DNA of 64,000 bases from Planctomycetaceae bacterium. Its GTDB lineage: Bacteria > Planctomycetota > Planctomycetia > Planctomycetales > Planctomycetaceae. The DNA is taken from contig PBMZ01000076.1 of NCBI GenBank assembly GCA_002722955.1, forward strand, positions 11,132 to 75,131. Direction: 5' to 3'. The position numbers were made by a program, and so were the translations under genes. This document shows positions 39,368 through 47,687 of this stretch, in pieces (within the stretch, counting starts at the first letter, position 1; each line of letters begins with the position of its first letter). The notes beneath the pieces are model-generated. The model did no database searches. It was given only the letters and a program-made list of their open reading frames with translations, and was not told the origin of the DNA.

Positions 39368-41364
39368 CCGTTTCGCTACTGCTGCTATTGCAACTTTCCC
39401 AACTCGGCGATCCGTCGTCCGCTGAGATCGAGGACCTGCGGTCTCGGCTGAAGATTCATGTCGACACGCCCGCCGTCTTGGTGCGGAACGTTCCGGTCAG
39501 CAAAATCAGTATTCGCATCGAAAGCGAAACACCGCAGTTAGTGGAAGCCATCAGCCCGAAACTTTCTCTTCGCAATGTGCGGATGACAGTGAAGGGAAAG
39601 GAAGTCGTGTTGCCCGCATTCGATCAAGGGCAGCTTGAGTTGACATCGGATCTGGCCAGCGGCACTAAACTCTATGTCGATGGTCCGCTGGACATCGAAT
39701 TTGGATCAAGCACACTGGCGGCAAGACCGGTACGCTTGCTGTCCGGTTGGACCAGTCTCATCCCGCCGCTCTTAGCAGTCGCTCTGGCAATCATATTGCG
39801 AAACGTGTTTGTCGCACTGTTCGCTGCCGTGTGGACCGGAGCCACGCTGTTATTGTTTGCCGAGGTCCCGGAGTCGTCGAATTTCTTAAGCTTCCTGTTC
39901 AGCGGTTTCTTGCACACGTTGGATACGATCATCTTGGACGAGTTGGTGCAGCCAGACGATCCTGGCAAGGATCATATGCTGATCACACTCTTCACGGTTT
40001 TCCTGGGCGCCATGATCGGCGTGATGTCTCGCAGCGGCGCGACAACCGCGCTGGTCAATCGAGCCGGCCGACTGACAGAAACTCGCGAACGCGGACAGCT
40101 ACTGACTTGGGCCATGGGGATGGTCGTGTTCTTTGACGACTACGCCAATACGCTGCTCTTGGGCGGCACAATGCGGCCGGTGGCGGATCGCTTGAAGATC
40201 TCTCGCGAGAAACTCGCCTTCTTGATCGACTCGACAGCGGCACCGATTGCTGGTCTGGCGTTGGTCTCGACCTGGGTCGGTTTCGAGATCGGTCAAATCG
40301 AGGAAGGTTTCGCTGGCATCGGCGTCGAAGTGAACGCTTTCAGCCTGTTTGTCGAGTCCGTGCCTTACCGATTCTACCCGGTGTTTTTAATCGCCTTTGT
40401 GGCCATGATCGCTTGGACGGGTCGCGACTTTGGCCCGATGTTCTCCGCCGAGACAAGATCGATACAAACTGGTGTTCTGGGCAAGGGCGTCGAACAAACT
40501 GACGACTCCGCCAATGAACCCGAACCACGTAGGCCACTTGTCCGAAATGCCGTGATTCCCATCTTTGTATTGTTGAGCTTACTGGTGGCTGGGTTGTGGT
40601 GGACGGGGGCTTCCGCGATCGCTGAAGAGAACGCGGCACTTGCCGACGGCGCCGAGCCGGTGGCTGCCACGTTTCGAAACATCCTGGGCTATGCCAGCGG
40701 AAATCGTGTCTTGCTGGCATCGTCGTTTCTGGCTTCGCTGGTGGCGGTGGGCTCGACCTTGGTGTCTCGCTCATTGACTCTGAACGAAGCGATTGACGCC
40801 TGGATCGAGGGAGCCAAGAGCATGTTTTCGGCACTGGTTGTGCTTGTGCTCGCCTGGTCAATCGCCACCGTTTGCGATGCGTCGCACTTGAGCACAGCCG
40901 GCTTCTTGGTCGAGTCGACGTCGGGCATTCTGGACTCGCGTTGGCTTCCCGCGATTTCGTTTGTGCTGGCTGCCGCCGTGTCGTTCGCGACAGGTAGTTC
41001 CTTCTCGACGATGGGTCTGCTAATGCCGTTGTCGATTGCCGTGACGTTTCAAGTTATGGGTGAGGTCGAGTCCTCGCACCCAATCATGTTAGCAACCATC
41101 GGTGCAGTTCTGGCCGGTTCAATCTGGGGCGATCATTGCTCGCCGATCTCCGATACAACGGTGCTCTCGTCGGCAGCCGCCGGCTGTGATCATCTAAGCC
41201 ATGTGGCAACACAGTTTCCGTATGCGTGTTGCGTTGCCTTTGTCGCGCTGTTACTGGGCTACTTGCCAATCGGCGTGGGTTATACAGTCTGGTTGCTGAT
41301 TCCGCTCGGCATTGTAGCCTTGTATCTGCTCGTCCGATTCGTGGGAAAAAAACCAAGTAGTTGA
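39364..41364 (+). CDS. NhaC-family Na+/H+ antiporter-like membrane transporter with a ~125 aa N-terminal extracytoplasmic extension
   Basis: Multi-TM protein containing FFDDYANTLLLGGTMRPVADRLKISREKLAFLIDSTAAPIAGLALVSTWVGFEIG, an NhaC C-terminal-domain signature. The ATG at 39364 overlaps the upstream stop (ATGA). The track start at 39358 is TTG. Confidence 0.8.
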   Translation: MTVSLLLLLQLSQLGDPSSAEIEDLRSRLKIHVDTPAVLVRNVPVSKISIRIESETPQLVEAISPKLSLRNVRMTVKGKEVVLPAFDQGQLELTSDLASGTKLYVDGPLDIEFGSSTLAARPVRLLSGWTSLIPPLLAVALAIILRNVFVALFAAVWTGATLLLFAEVPESSNFLSFLFSGFLHTLDTIILDELVQPDDPGKDHMLITLFTVFLGAMIGVMSRSGATTALVNRAGRLTETRERGQLLTWAMGMVVFFDDYANTLLLGGTMRPVADRLKISREKLAFLIDSTAAPIAGLALVSTWVGFEIGQIEEGFAGIGVEVNAFSLFVESVPYRFYPVFLIAFVAMIAWTGRDFGPMFSAETRSIQTGVLGKGVEQTDDSANEPEPRRPLVRNAVIPIFVLLSLLVAGLWWTGASAIAEENAALADGAEPVAATFRNILGYASGNRVLLASSFLASLVAVGSTLVSRSLTLNEAIDAWIEGAKSMFSALVVLVLAWSIATVCDASHLSTAGFLVESTSGILDSRWLPAISFVLAAAVSFATGSSFSTMGLLMPLSIAVTFQVMGEVESSHPIMLATIGAVLAGSIWGDHCSPISDTTVLSSAAAGCDHLSHVATQFPYACCVAFVALLLGYLPIGVGYTVWLLIPLGIVALYLLVRFVGKKPSS

Positions 41365-41659
41365 GAATTGGTGCTATTGAAGCATCACCACCTCGGACAC
41401 AGTCAGACTCGACTTGGAGATCTTGACACGCGCGCCACATCGGGCTGGGCGGGGTGATACGTAGCGAACTGATCAACAGAGCGAATACGGGAATGCCTGA
41501 TCTGGTCGAGCGTAGCCGCTACCGATAACGCAGAAGAACTCTAAGCCTGCTGAGCTAACTCAAGCGTTTTAGCGTGTTGGGTTGAGGTCTCCTGGTATCG
41601 ATCCCGCAGATCGAGATTGGTGAGATAGATTGACGCGTAATTCAAGATGGTCGATAGGA

Positions 41660-42667
41660 TCAGCAGCGCCAGCACAAAAATGCTCGCGTCCATGCACTGG
41701 TCCACAGAGTCACGGCCAACGTGGGTGAGGCGAACTGTAAGAAATACGGCAAATCGTTCTTGTGCAACTTGCTGGCGTGCGGGTTGATGGCCAGCTCTTG
41801 GTACAGGTGTGAGGGCAGCGTGTTGGCCTCGGTCACTAGCGTCGGACTCTCAAATCGCTCTTTCAGAATCAAGGCAATCAACGCGGCCAAGCTGTCGGTG
41901 AAGCCCTCTTTAGCGACAATTGTAACTGGTAGCGCGACAGCGGTGATCTCCGACTCTGGAAGATTGTCCGTCACACTAAAGCCACCTTTGGGAATCAAAA
42001 CTTCTTGAAGATAGGGATACATCTTGGAGACAGCTTTCGCGTGCTCTAAGTTGATCACGTGCAGCCTTGGATTCTTTCCCAATCGTTGCACCAATTCGGT
42101 TTCCGGGGGCAACAGAAAGAACGCGGCATCAACATCTCCTTGCACGATCAGTTTTTCGTCATCTGTCGCATGTCTCGGCACGAATTTGGAGTTCTCTTCG
42201 GTTATCCCGAACAGTGTGACAATTTCCTCAGCCAATCGGCGAGTTCCTGAAGCCTCGGGCCCAATCGCCAGCCGTTTACCCTTCATGTCCGTGATTTCGC
42301 GAATATCGGAATCGGCTCGTGCGAAGATGAACAACGGCTCGATCATCACAGCACCCAATGATGTGACATGCTGGCAATCTTGAGGATTCAACTCTTGAGC
42401 CACGAATCCGAGGTCCGCAGCGTCCTTGTCGCCAGCATTCAGTCGTTTCACAATGTTTGTCGTGTCATCAACATTGACAACTTCCGCCTCGACGCCAACT
42501 CTTCCCAATTCCTCTTTCAGATAGTGCGCAGTCGAGTCAAAAAAGCCACCCTTCGGTCCGGCTTCAATTCGAATGTTATTGGGAGGCATCGTGACCAACA
42601 CGGTGACACCAAACACAATCACCAATAACAATGGTGTGTAAATGAAGTGTAGACGAAAGAAAAACAT
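41660..42667 (-). CDS. TAXI-family (TRAP-associated) periplasmic solute-binding-like protein with an N-terminal TM anchor; the 3' end is possibly frameshifted
   Basis: 335 aa. It has an N-terminal TM (FIYTPLLLVIVFGVTVLV), a PBP-like body (IRIEAGPKGGFFDSTAHYL...GKRLAIGPEASGTRRLAEEI) and an odd C-terminus WTSAWTRAFLCWRC. A TM-plus-tail continuation lies in another frame (41541-41693). Confidence 0.65.
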   Translation of the reverse strand: MFFFRLHFIYTPLLLVIVFGVTVLVTMPPNNIRIEAGPKGGFFDSTAHYLKEELGRVGVEAEVVNVDDTTNIVKRLNAGDKDAADLGFVAQELNPQDCQHVTSLGAVMIEPLFIFARADSDIREITDMKGKRLAIGPEASGTRRLAEEIVTLFGITEENSKFVPRHATDDEKLIVQGDVDAAFFLLPPETELVQRLGKNPRLHVINLEHAKAVSKMYPYLQEVLIPKGGFSVTDNLPESEITAVALPVTIVAKEGFTDSLAALIALILKERFESPTLVTEANTLPSHLYQELAINPHASKLHKNDLPYFLQFASPTLAVTLWTSAWTRAFLCWRC

Positions 42668-43239
42668 GCCAACCTCGCTCTAGCCTTAGCTTCCGCATCA
42701 AGTCGGGAAACTGACACCTATCGATACAACATCGGAGGGCATTGACAAGGCTAATTCGCAATACCCAGTTGGATAGCAGATAAAAGAAATACAGATGCGT
42801 AGAATCTAAGATAGACAAGCCGGTGCGTGGTGCTTAATCGATCGTCATTCTTGACTAACGCAGAACAGAATATCTACTTATATATAAATATGTGCGAGTG
42901 GTATCTGTCAACGCTCATAGATAATTACGTGGCGTGCGCTTTGATGGTGGGCTCTTCTCATCGCGGATGAACGGAAAATAGCTAGAGTGCGAGGTTCAAG
43001 ATGCCTACAGTCTGACTTACCCGAATCGGGCAGCGGTCGAGGCCGGACTCGAACCGTCAGGCCACTCAACATCATCGACTGGCATCTTCGATGCAAAGCA
43101 GTTCTCGCATCGTTATGTGATAGATGCGGGCATGGCTGTAGCTTGGAGTATTAACGGACCAAGTCTCACCGAATTTCCCCAGGTCGTTAAACGATACAAG
43201 GGCTCGATCGTCGAATCGCTCGGCCTTGGCGTCTAAGAC

Positions 43240-44696
43240 CTAAATGTTTACACACATAAGCGTTAAATACAGATATTGATTGATGGCAATCGTGTTGCCG
43301 TTGAAGCACCACCATCCGTCGCGTCCTAAGCGACGGTCATCAGCGACGTCGATTCCACGGCTGTTGATCGTCATTTTGGGTACAGCGTGCCCATCGCTGA
43401 TGCGGTCTCCCCATCCACGTCGGGTACTGGGAAAGGCAATTCCAAATACTCGACGACTTCAGTCTCGACGTTGATTCGAGCAATGCTATTGTGAGGTCCG
43501 ATGTTGGTTGGTTTTCCTCGTCTTTTGCCCTGGAAGCTGAAACATTGAAAGTAGAAGTGAGGATAGATGCTGAGATTCGCGTGCCAAGCAGGAAAGACTT
43601 TGACCGTAGGAGATTCGTTGCCAAGACTCACGCTAGATCGATGAGTAAACTTTCCGGTCTTCGCGTCGTACGAGGTCACATTGACGTTGTTGGTCCACGA
43701 GATGCGCTTTGCCTCGCTGACGTCCTTTGTGTTGAGCACAACAAGCTCGGTCAGCGTTTCGTCCAGCCAATAACAATACTTCTCGTCCCAGCATTGAGTG
43801 ACTTGGGCCTTGCCATTCGGCTTGGCTTTCCAACTCCACAACGGTTCCCTGGCTTGGGCCCATCTACTCGAGTTAGCGTGAGTCCCGCAGGGGATTCGGG
43901 TGTACCATGATGTGCTCCTCGTCCAGACAACACAGCAAGACCGCCGTCCGGAAGTTTGCCAAGGATGGGTGTGTTGTAATGCGTCAGCCCTTCGTATGCC
44001 GTCCACAGTGGCGAGCCCCTCTTGGCATCAAAGGCTCGCAGATGGTTCTATGCATCTTCGCGGCGTTTTGGATCGTCCGCGCCGAGCGGCTCGACGTTTA
44101 GCAGCGTGTTGCCAATTCGAATTGGTTCGTACTGTTTGTTGAAGGGTCGGCCCAGTGTTGGCGTCCAGGCTCGCACCCAGACTTCCTGGCCATCGACTGT
44201 CCAACATCCCATCCGCCCGCTGGCATTCCAAAACCAGACATGTTTGCCATCGGTGATCGGTGTGGGACTACTGCTACTGCTGAAACCATAAGCGTAAGAG
44301 CTAGGGGCCTTGGCATCGCCAGCAAGATCATGTTTCCACAGAGTCTTGCCGTGTTTGGCGTCGACACAATAAATGACAACATCGCTGCCCTTCTTCTTCG
44401 TTGCCCCCACAGCCAAAGGCTTCATTGTCGAGAAGAACAATCGATCTCCCCACACAGCGATGCCGCTCTGGCCAGGTCATTCGCCAGCGAATGTTCTTGT
44501 CGTTTTCGGCACTCTACGACAGCGGAATTGCGCCGTCAGTTTTCACCGTCCAGTTATGATTTGGTCCTGCCGCTTGAGGCCAATCCGCTAGACCGACTGA
44601 GGACAGAGTGAGCAGAATTGTCAGCGAAGTAATTGCTTGGTGGGTTCTCATTAATCGTCGTCGTTTGAAATCGGGACGGGTTGGTGGAATGGTCAC
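43240..44696 (-). pseudogene. Decayed PQQ-like / BamB-like beta-propeller repeat gene
   Basis: A secreted N-terminus ...SSVGLADWPQAAGPNHNWTV is present. In-frame TAG stops lie at 44514-44516 and 44048-44050. Frameshifts lie near 44465, 43865 and 43375. Read through, the pieces are WSAENDKNIRW, VWGDRLFFSTMKPLA, IYCVDAKHGKTLWKHDL, HLRAFDAKRGSPLWTAYEG, EPLWSWKAKPNGK and DGWWCFNGNTIAINQYLYL. Confidence 0.65.
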
Positions 44697-44710
44697 TCGG
44701 CGAGTGGTAG

Positions 44711-46621
44711 CTACTTTGTCTCAACAACCGGCGCCGAGAATTCGGTCGTTGTTGCTTTGGCGTAAAAGCCGACGTACTCGATAGTTTTCACATTTGATGG
44801 CAATACAAACTTGAACATCGATCCGTTGACAACAGCTGTGCCAGTACCTTTCGACACATCAAGTTTGACCTCGATCTGAAAAGTGTCTCCTTGCTCGAAG
44901 CTGGCCTTCTTGGTGGCAACGCTACCAACATTGCCCCAGCCACCAGCAAACGCGACGTGTTGGTTCATGCCGATAGCTGTGCCAATTTTGAAGCTGTCTT
45001 TATTCGTTGGCTTCGACCCAATAACAACGGCACCATTTCGTGTCGTTCCGGTCTTTGGACCGCTTCGATACTTCAGTCGGATTGTCGCCGTTTGCTTGAT
45101 CGGTTTCTCCAACTTTTGAAAGGCGAGCCCCTCTGTTTGTGGTGACATGGAGTAGCCAAAATCCGCGGCAGTGATGTTCGCACCCAGGACAACATCGAAA
45201 TCACCCGTCGTATCTTTACCGGCTGCAGGCTCGACAGATTTCTTGCCACCACGATTTCGAGGTTTGTCAAGTTTCCACCAATCGGGGCCTTCCTTGAGAA
45301 CGGTGGCGTCGTGTTTGATCAACTTTGCCCGCATCTCGGCGAACTTGTCGGGGAACTCGGCCGCGACGTTGGTTGTTTCCTGCCAATCCTTAGCGATGTT
45401 GTATAGCTCGAACGAAGTCAAGTTGTCGGAGCCAACGATCTTCCAGTCACCAATTCGCATGCCAAGTCGGTACTGTGTTGGGGCGAGATGATTTCGCCAA
45501 TACAGCGGTTGCTCACGTTGAATTTCCTTACCCGCGAACAGCGGCAGCAAGCTTGTCCCGTCAATCGTACGATCACCTGGAAGCGGAATGCCCAACGCTT
45601 CGCAGATTGTCGGAAAGATGTCCGAGCCAATGACCGGCGTGTCACTGACCGAGCCCGCTTTGATCTTTCCCGGCCAGCGAACAATTCCCGGAACGCGAAT
45701 CCCACCTTCGTGAGTCGCACGCTTGCGGCCTCGCAAGCCGCCTGTCGACCCGCGCGTTCGGCCGGTCTTCCCACTGCCTTCGGGACCGTTGTCCGAAGTA
45801 AAGAAGACGACGGTGTTGTCGCGATAACCCATTTCGTCGACGGCTGCCATCAGCTTACCGAAGGCATCGTCCATCTGAGTGATGTTGCCATGGTGCTGAC
45901 GAATTCCCTCGGCTTTGATATTCGCGTAGTGCTTCATGTATTCCGGCGCGGACTCGATCGGCAAATGCGGTTCGTGAGTCCAAACGGTGATGAAGAACGG
46001 AGTCTTCGATTTCTTTCGGCCTTTAAGCCAGTTGATCGCTTCATTCGCAGCGATCACAGCGCTGGGACCTTCCATACGACCGACGGCCTTCCGGTTGCGC
46101 ACGTAGTTCGTCGGATTCATGTGGTGAGGCGCCGCGTTGTTCTGCGTTGCCAGCCAATGATCGTAACCGTGATTGTCTGGCTGAGGTTGCTCGTCAGAAT
46201 TGAACTTCCCATTCAAGTGCCACTTGCCGGCATGGCACGTTTCGTAACCCCGTTTCTTCAACAGGGCCGCAATCGTGATCTCACTTTCACGCAGATGATA
46301 CATGCTGCCGCTTGGAATCCACCGCCAGACCCCGTTTCGATACGGCGTACGCCCCGTCAGAATCGCTGACCGGGATGGCGAACACACCGAGCATCCCGAA
46401 TAACACTGCGTCAACCGCAATCCCTCAGTGGCGAACTTATCCAGGTTCGGCGATTTGATGATTGGATGACCGTAACAGCCCAGGTCCCCCCAACCCTGAT
46501 CGTCTGTCAGAAAGACAATGAAGTTGGGTGTTTCCTTGGACGATTCATCAGCGCCATGGGCAACGGCCAATTGACAAAGGACTGTGACGACAAGGGCCAG
46601 AGTGCGGATGCAAAAACTCAT
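44711..46621 (-). CDS. Sulfatase (arylsulfatase A family) with an extra ~180 aa C-terminal beta-rich domain
   Basis: It has a signal peptide MSFCIRTLALVVTVLCQLAVAHG, the motif FIVFLTDDQGWGDLGCYGH and the active site CSVCSPSRSAILTGR. I place the start at ATG 46621 (M30 of the 665 aa track ORF). Confidence 0.9.
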   Translation of the reverse strand: MSFCIRTLALVVTVLCQLAVAHGADESSKETPNFIVFLTDDQGWGDLGCYGHPIIKSPNLDKFATEGLRLTQCYSGCSVCSPSRSAILTGRTPYRNGVWRWIPSGSMYHLRESEITIAALLKKRGYETCHAGKWHLNGKFNSDEQPQPDNHGYDHWLATQNNAAPHHMNPTNYVRNRKAVGRMEGPSAVIAANEAINWLKGRKKSKTPFFITVWTHEPHLPIESAPEYMKHYANIKAEGIRQHHGNITQMDDAFGKLMAAVDEMGYRDNTVVFFTSDNGPEGSGKTGRTRGSTGGLRGRKRATHEGGIRVPGIVRWPGKIKAGSVSDTPVIGSDIFPTICEALGIPLPGDRTIDGTSLLPLFAGKEIQREQPLYWRNHLAPTQYRLGMRIGDWKIVGSDNLTSFELYNIAKDWQETTNVAAEFPDKFAEMRAKLIKHDATVLKEGPDWWKLDKPRNRGGKKSVEPAAGKDTTGDFDVVLGANITAADFGYSMSPQTEGLAFQKLEKPIKQTATIRLKYRSGPKTGTTRNGAVVIGSKPTNKDSFKIGTAIGMNQHVAFAGGWGNVGSVATKKASFEQGDTFQIEVKLDVSKGTGTAVVNGSMFKFVLPSNVKTIEYVGFYAKATTTEFSAPVVETK

Positions 46622-46801
46622 GAATGAATCCTCAATTGCAGATTGTGAGCATCGATCATAGACCAACCACCGGAGTGCGAGCCAGTCACCATGACTCTCA
46701 ATGAGCATCCAATGGTGGTACAGTTGTCAGAAGCCCGGCTTTTTGAAAAAGCCGGACTTCACTCCCAACTCACTCACGCTTTGACGTTCTGATCTTTTCG
46801 T

Positions 46802-46862
46802 TTAACCCGTAGCCGAAGGCGAGGATTTTCCGACATGCTCCTCGCCTTCGGCTACGGGTTAA
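46802..46862. repeat. Perfect 24 bp-arm inverted repeat (REP-like)
   Basis: TTAACCCGTAGCCGAAGGCGAGGA (46802-46825) and TCCTCGCCTTCGGCTACGGGTTAA (46839-46862) are separated by a 13 nt loop. A related half-copy TCCTCGCCTACGGGTTAA occurs at 51674-51691. Confidence 0.9.
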
Positions 46863-47687
46863 ATGATCAATGCCTTTGGGTTACTGTATGGCATGCCGTT
46901 GATCTCGTTGGACAACTTGGAAGACGACCGGCTTGAGGTTTACCGCAACCTGAAGCACACCAATCGCACGCGCTGGCAAAACACGTTTATTGCGGAGAGC
47001 AAACGTGTGGTGAGGCGACTCGTGGAGAGCGATTTTGAAATCGAATCCATCTTGGTCAGTCATAAGCGAATCGAGAGCATCAGTGATTGGCTGCCGGCCG
47101 ACGTGTTGACGTTTGTGTTGCCGCATAGCTTGATCGAGCAATTGATCGGATTCAACTTTCACATGGGAGTTATGGCCTGTGGCAAGCGAAAGATCAATCC
47201 GCTGTTGTCCGATTTTGTGAGCACAACGCGACGCTCGACCATCGTTGCTTGCCGTGACGTGATGGATCCCGAAAACATGGGCACGATCATTCGGCTTTGC
47301 ACGGCTTTTGGTGTCGACGGATTGCTGTTAGGCCATCGCAGTGCGGATCCGCTGTCTCGCCGATCATTGCGCGTGTCGATGGCCAACGCTTTGAACTTGC
47401 CCATCATTCAATCATCCGACTTTCAGCAGCACCTCAAGGAATTGCACGAGAGGTGGCAATACGATGTTGCCGGCACTGTGCTGGATGACTCTGCCGAAAA
47501 TCTAACACAGGCAAACCGTTCTGACCGGCTCGTCATTGTCTTCGGCAACGAATCCGAGGGATTGGATCAAGAAACGCTGAGTCTTTGCAATCGCCAAATC
47601 ACGTTGCCCATGCAAGGCGGCACGGACTCGGTCAATGTCGCGGTTGCTGCGGGCATCTTCCTCTATCATCTGACGAGACTAGTTTGA
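46863..47687 (+). CDS. TrmH/SpoU-family RNA 2'-O-methyltransferase
   Basis: 274 aa with the C-terminal SPOUT motifs IVFGNESEGL and LPMQGGTDSVNVAVAAGIFLYHL. The start could instead be M11 at 46893, because the ATG at 46863 abuts the palindrome. Confidence 0.8.
   Translation: MINAFGLLYGMPLISLDNLEDDRLEVYRNLKHTNRTRWQNTFIAESKRVVRRLVESDFEIESILVSHKRIESISDWLPADVLTFVLPHSLIEQLIGFNFHMGVMACGKRKINPLLSDFVSTTRRSTIVACRDVMDPENMGTIIRLCTAFGVDGLLLGHRSADPLSRRSLRVSMANALNLPIIQSSDFQQHLKELHERWQYDVAGTVLDDSAENLTQANRSDRLVIVFGNESEGLDQETLSLCNRQITLPMQGGTDSVNVAVAAGIFLYHLTRLV

Noticed and set aside
43031-43105. Possible tRNA gene on the minus strand (GGTTCGAGTCC T-loop).
   Set aside because: No complementary 5' acceptor strand exists at either a 73 nt or a 75 nt length, no anticodon stem-loop could be folded, the T-stem has a mismatch, and there is no CCA. 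At most it is a tRNA 3'-half remnant.
46622-46708. N-terminal extensions of two sulfatase ORFs in the track (46708 start; 49259 start for the other).
   Set aside because: The extensions (MLIESHGDWLALRWLVYDRCSQSAIEDSF and MPTVSKTVKVEPCLL...NFI) precede obvious signal peptides that begin at internal ATGs (46621 and 49139).
46730-46760. Palindrome GAAGCCCGGCTTTTTGAAAAAGCCGGACTTC considered as an intrinsic terminator.
   Set aside because: It lies between divergently transcribed genes (sulfatase start 46621 and trmH-like start 46863), so there is nothing for it to terminate. An operator or REP function is possible but unsupported.
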